A model generated the notes under the pieces. The model was not told the DNA's origin, searched no databases, and was given only the letters and a program-made list of their open reading frames with translations. From Sminthopsis crassicaudata (Eukaryota), in the NCBI RefSeq assembly GCF_048593235.1, contig NC_133618.1, positions 578,912,889-578,976,888 on the forward strand: DNA of 64,000 nt, in the 5' to 3' direction. Shown here in pieces: positions 59,880-64,000 of the stretch (position 1 is its first letter; every line of letters begins with the position of its first letter). Made by a program: the position numbers and the translations under genes.

Positions 59880-60462
59880 CCTTCCAAATCTGAGATCTGA
59901 TTCCATTAAAATCAAGCTCTGGGCTTCACCCTATGGTCTGGGGTAATGGGGCTTGATTTAAATAGAAATCAGTCTTTGGGAGAAGATGAGAATTAGAATT
60001 GTAATGGTTTTCATCTTCCTGTCACCCAAATCTGGAACTATGAAGAAACTTGGAAAATAAGGTCTAGAAATGCTTTTAATGGACTAGGAAGATTTGAAGA
60101 CAAGAGCTAAATTTTAGCACTTAGAAAGACTGGGTTGACAGCTTTCCCTTCCTCCCCAGCATGATTCTTCATGGGTCTTTTGCTCAGAGGGCAAAGTCCC
60201 TAAATCTATGAACCTCTGCTTCACTTCAATTACTGAACAGCAGCTCAGTATATAGGGTTCAGAACTGGAGTTATGATTTCATTGGCATAAGAAACTTCCA
60301 GAGGAGGATGTCTCCTTATCTAACACAACTGTCACCTTCTCTGAAATGTATAGCCTTAGAGAGTTTGACTGGACAACTGGAAAGTCAATTGACTTGCCTG
60401 GGGTCACCCACATTATGGATGATGGTGAGATTCTTTCAAGGACATTGCCATGCTGAAGAGAA

Positions 60463-60624
60463 TTTTTTTTTTTAAAGTAAAGCTTTTTATTTTCAAACTA
60501 TATACTTGGATAATTTTCGACATTCACCTCTACAAAACCCTGTGTTCTAATTTTTCCCCTCTCTTCCCCTACCCCCTTACCTAGTCAGCAAGTGATCTAA
60601 TATATGTTAAACATGTGCAATTCC
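60463..60624 (-). mobile_element. Short L1 3' tail with GAAGAGAA TSD-like flanks
   Basis: T-tract plus L1 3' UTR; GAAGAGAA at ~60455 and ~60625. Confidence 0.65.
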
Positions 60625-61865
60625 GAAGAGAAATATTTTCACTTGATCTCAAAGCTAGTTTTCTAAGAATTCCATTTTATGAAGAGGAAAACATCCAAAC
60701 TTGTTCATCTCTTGATTCAGTTCTGTGATCCCTCCAGCAAAGGCCTGAGCCTGACTGAGTTATTTGGGACCGTTTGGGATGTGATCATTCAGTTGTTAAG
60801 GCACAGAGATTATAACATTCTCATCTTCCTTTAAGATTCATCAGAAATTTGTCATTCTAAGATTTAGCTTGTAAAAAAAAAAATGCTATAGCTTTCTGTG
60901 AACCATTAAATTACATGCATACATACCTAGATACATAAATGTGTATATATTCTCTACATCTTTCAGTTTAATCATGAAATAGTAAATATATACTTCATCA
61001 CTGAATATCTTTTTAATAATTTTATTTACTTTACTCTGAACTTAAGGAAAAAAGCAATCATTCCATAATATAGGAGAATAGGAAAAAAGAAGATTGTACA
61101 TGAAACTGCAAATCTATTATCCTCTTAAATAAAAAATAAAGTTATCATATAGCTTTCTTTTTTTCTTCCTTCCCACCCTTGCTCTAGAGATGGCTATAAG
61201 ATATATAAATATGTATATATACATATACATGTGTATGTGTGTGTGAAACCATTAATTAAATGAAAGAGAAATCCCTATAATTTTATGGTTGTAGGAGGAT
61301 GGCACAGTTGTATCAGACTTTAACAAGCAGCTTGTCAGTTGTTAAGTGAACCAGGAATTGTAGAATAATCCAGTGAGCTCTGTCTGCCCTGAGCAGGGAT
61401 CCCAAATTGGCAGGAATGTTGGTAGTGGTGATAACTTCAAGAGATGCCATCCTGACTTTGTCCTACAATCAAGGTCAAGGGGGATGTCAGATCCCAGAAG
61501 TCAAATTGTGAGGAGCCAAAGATTCTGCCAGACACTTTAGTTAGCTTAGGCTAGATTACGGAATTGGTTGCCATTCAGGAATCATTATAATAGCATAGTA
61601 CCCTTGAAAGACCCCTGTCTGCAACCAGAGGATCTGGATTCAAATCCTAGCTTTGAAGCTCACTACCTTTGTGACCTTATAAAAATCAATTAACCTCCTT
61701 AGATCTGTTTCTCCATCGGTAATCCCTCTAAGATCCTCTTCAATTTATATTGCATATGTCTTTTTTGAACATAACTTTTTGTATGTTTTTTCCCCATTAG
61801 ATTATGAATTCCTTGAGAACATGGGCTATTTTTACCTTTTTTTTAAATCTCCAGGCTTAGTTTAT

Positions 61866-62110
61866 GTTGTTGTTGAGTCATTTTCAGTAGTGTCCTACTC
61901 TTTGTGACCCCATTTGGGGTCTTCTTGGCAGAGATACCAGAATGGTTTGCCATTTCCTTCTCTAGCTCATTTTACAGATGAGGAAACTGAGGCACACAGG
62001 GTGAAGTGATTTGTCCAGGATCAAACAACTAGTAAGTGTCTTAGGTTTTGATTTGACTTCAGGTCTTCCTGATTTCAGGTCAGGAACTCTATCCACTCTG
62101 TCATCTACCT
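61866..62110 (-). mobile_element. Full-length Mar1 SINE
   Basis: (GTT)n tail, GTGACCCCATTTGGGG, CORE and head. Confidence 0.8.
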
Positions 62111-63621
62111 ATCTGTTAGTAATATATATTGAATCCTTCTTGACTCTGAATTTACCCAGTCATTTCCTACCTCCACCCTGTTGTTTATCCCATTCCCTGG
62201 AATGTGCCTTTCTTATCTCTAACTACTGAAATGCTTGCCAATCCTTTCAAACTTTAATATAACCAGAGTCCATAGTTTCTGAACTTTGTAGGTGAATTGG
62301 GTGACAAAGATGAATAATTCTCACTTTTGAATGATAGGGAATAATTTGGTTGTATGTGAGTTTTTTTTTTTTGTTTGTTTGTTTTCATTATTCCACAGTC
62401 TAATTTGATGAGGAAATGCAAATACCCAGTTAACTAAATAAATGGTCTAGTGGGTGAAGGAAAAAAAAAAAAAAGAATTTGATTAGCCATTTGGAATCAT
62501 ACATAGAGAAGAATGATGGGGACTTCTCAAATCCAAATTTGGAATCACAACATTCAAACAACTATGTACAAATAAATATAGCAGAAATTAAAGATAATCT
62601 TAAAGGATTATCCAGTAGTATCTGTAAAATGGGAATACTAACTAAATGCCATCTCTATTTGTCTCACAACGTCTGGAGGTCATAGAAGAAAGTACTTTGA
62701 AAATTTTAAAATACTACATAATTGTGAGTTATTATTATTATTATCATCATTATTATTCCCAAAATGTGGTATAATGGGAAAAAAAAAAAGAAAAACATGG
62801 AATCTGAAATTAGAGAAATTAGGGTTGAATTCCAGCTCTGCCATTTGGCTTTTGTGTGATTATGGCCAAGATACTTATCCTCTGTGGACATCAGTTTCCT
62901 CATCCATAAAATGAGGGAGCTGGGTCATCAGATGATCTCTGAGCTCCCTTCTAGCCCTAATCTGTGATCCTAAAATCCTAAAAAATCTTCAGTTTGAATC
63001 CCATATCTACTTCTCCCTGTCAATTAACTTTTCTGCATTCGAAATAGATTATTTCTACAGTTTCTACACCACTAAGTCAAAGGATTGTAACTCCATCATA
63101 CCATGATTCCATTCTGAGGCTTCCTTCCTGTACCGGCTCTCTGACTTTGCTTAAATTCCATGGAGGCCCAATGACCCTGTGAACAACCGCAGTCTCTGGC
63201 AGGAGAACTGTGACTGCCTTTGTCAGTCAAGGGAAAGGACCCCTGACTGGAAAGTGCAGGAGTAGTTTTGGGCTTGGGACTACAAGTCCCAGTGGGGACT
63301 ACCAGTGGGGACAGGCTGTACGTGAGAACCCATGGCAATTCAATTCAAAGCACTTATTAGCACTCACTGGGCACTACACTAAGCTCTGGTGGGAGTCCCT
63401 GTCCTGGAGATGATTGCATTTTCTCTCTCTAATATGTTGAATCTAATATGTTAGGGGAAGGTAGAGATCAGGAAAAGCCATTCAGAGAAGGTGGTCTCTC
63501 AAACTGACCCTTAAAGGAGGATACACATTACTTGTATGGTCTTGGATAAGCTATTTCACTCCTTGGGACCTTAGGTGCTTTATCAATAAAAGGATAGGGC
63601 TGAGCTAGATGGTCTCTAGAT

Positions 63622-64000
63622 TCTTTTTTTTTTTTTTTTTTTTTTAATTTTTTTTTTTTAATTTTTTTATTTTATTTTATAATTATAACATTTTTTGACA
63701 GTACATATGCATGGGTAATTTTTTACAACATTATCCCTTGCACTTACTTCTATTCAGATTTTTTTCCCTTCCTCCCCCAACCCCCTCCCCCTGATGGCAA
63801 GCAGTCTTATATATGTTAAATATATTACAGTATAATTTAGATACAATATATGTGTGTAGAACCGAATTTTTTTGTTGCACAGGAAGAATTGGATTCAGAA
63901 GGTAAAAATAACAGTTTACATTCATTTCCCAGTGTTCCTTTTCTGGATGTAGCTGGTTCTGTCCATCATTAATCAATTGGAATTGGATTAGCTGGTCTCT
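63622..64000 (-). mobile_element. Young L1 3' end (runs off window)
   Basis: Long poly-T followed by marsupial L1 3' UTR. Confidence 0.8.

Noticed and set aside
53400-64000. Absence of CALHM3 upstream of CALHM1
   Set aside because: The window ends 10.7 kb past the CALHM1 ATG and in human CALHM3 lies farther away, so this is no evidence of gene loss
1-64000. CRISPR arrays, tRNA/rRNA genes, prokaryotic-type systems
   Set aside because: None seen; the tRNA-like A/B boxes belong to SINE heads

Overview
Mammalian genomic DNA, a marsupial and probably an Australian dasyurid (WSINE1/Mar1-type SINEs, marsupial L1 tails, an OC1-like hAT MITE). It is orthologous to the human ATP5MK(USMG5)-PDCD11-CALHM2-CALHM1 region. 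A CpG-island bidirectional promoter (~420-1130) drives a minus-strand first exon (ATP5MK, by synteny only) and PDCD11/RRP5 on +. PDCD11 has 1 non-coding and 35 coding exons, CDS 1586-35128; by hand-splicing this is 5571 nt = 1856 aa, in frame, and one intron is U12-type. CALHM2 (-, 323 aa) converges tail-to-tail with PDCD11. CALHM1 (-, 341 aa) follows. CALHM3 is not in the window. The genes are known and I see no wholly new gene system. The most unusual structure is a head-to-head pair of near-identical young solo LTRs 1036 bp apart upstream of CALHM1, each with its own 4-bp TSD. Other points worth checking: an OC1-like MITE with a perfect 8-bp TSD, a full-length ORF1-only (HAL1-like) element in PDCD11 intron 7, a candidate poison exon, and a cluster of intronic RNA hairpins in PDCD11 intron 19. 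All alignments, identities and folds were done by eye. Repeat family names and most repeat boundaries are approximate and need database confirmation.
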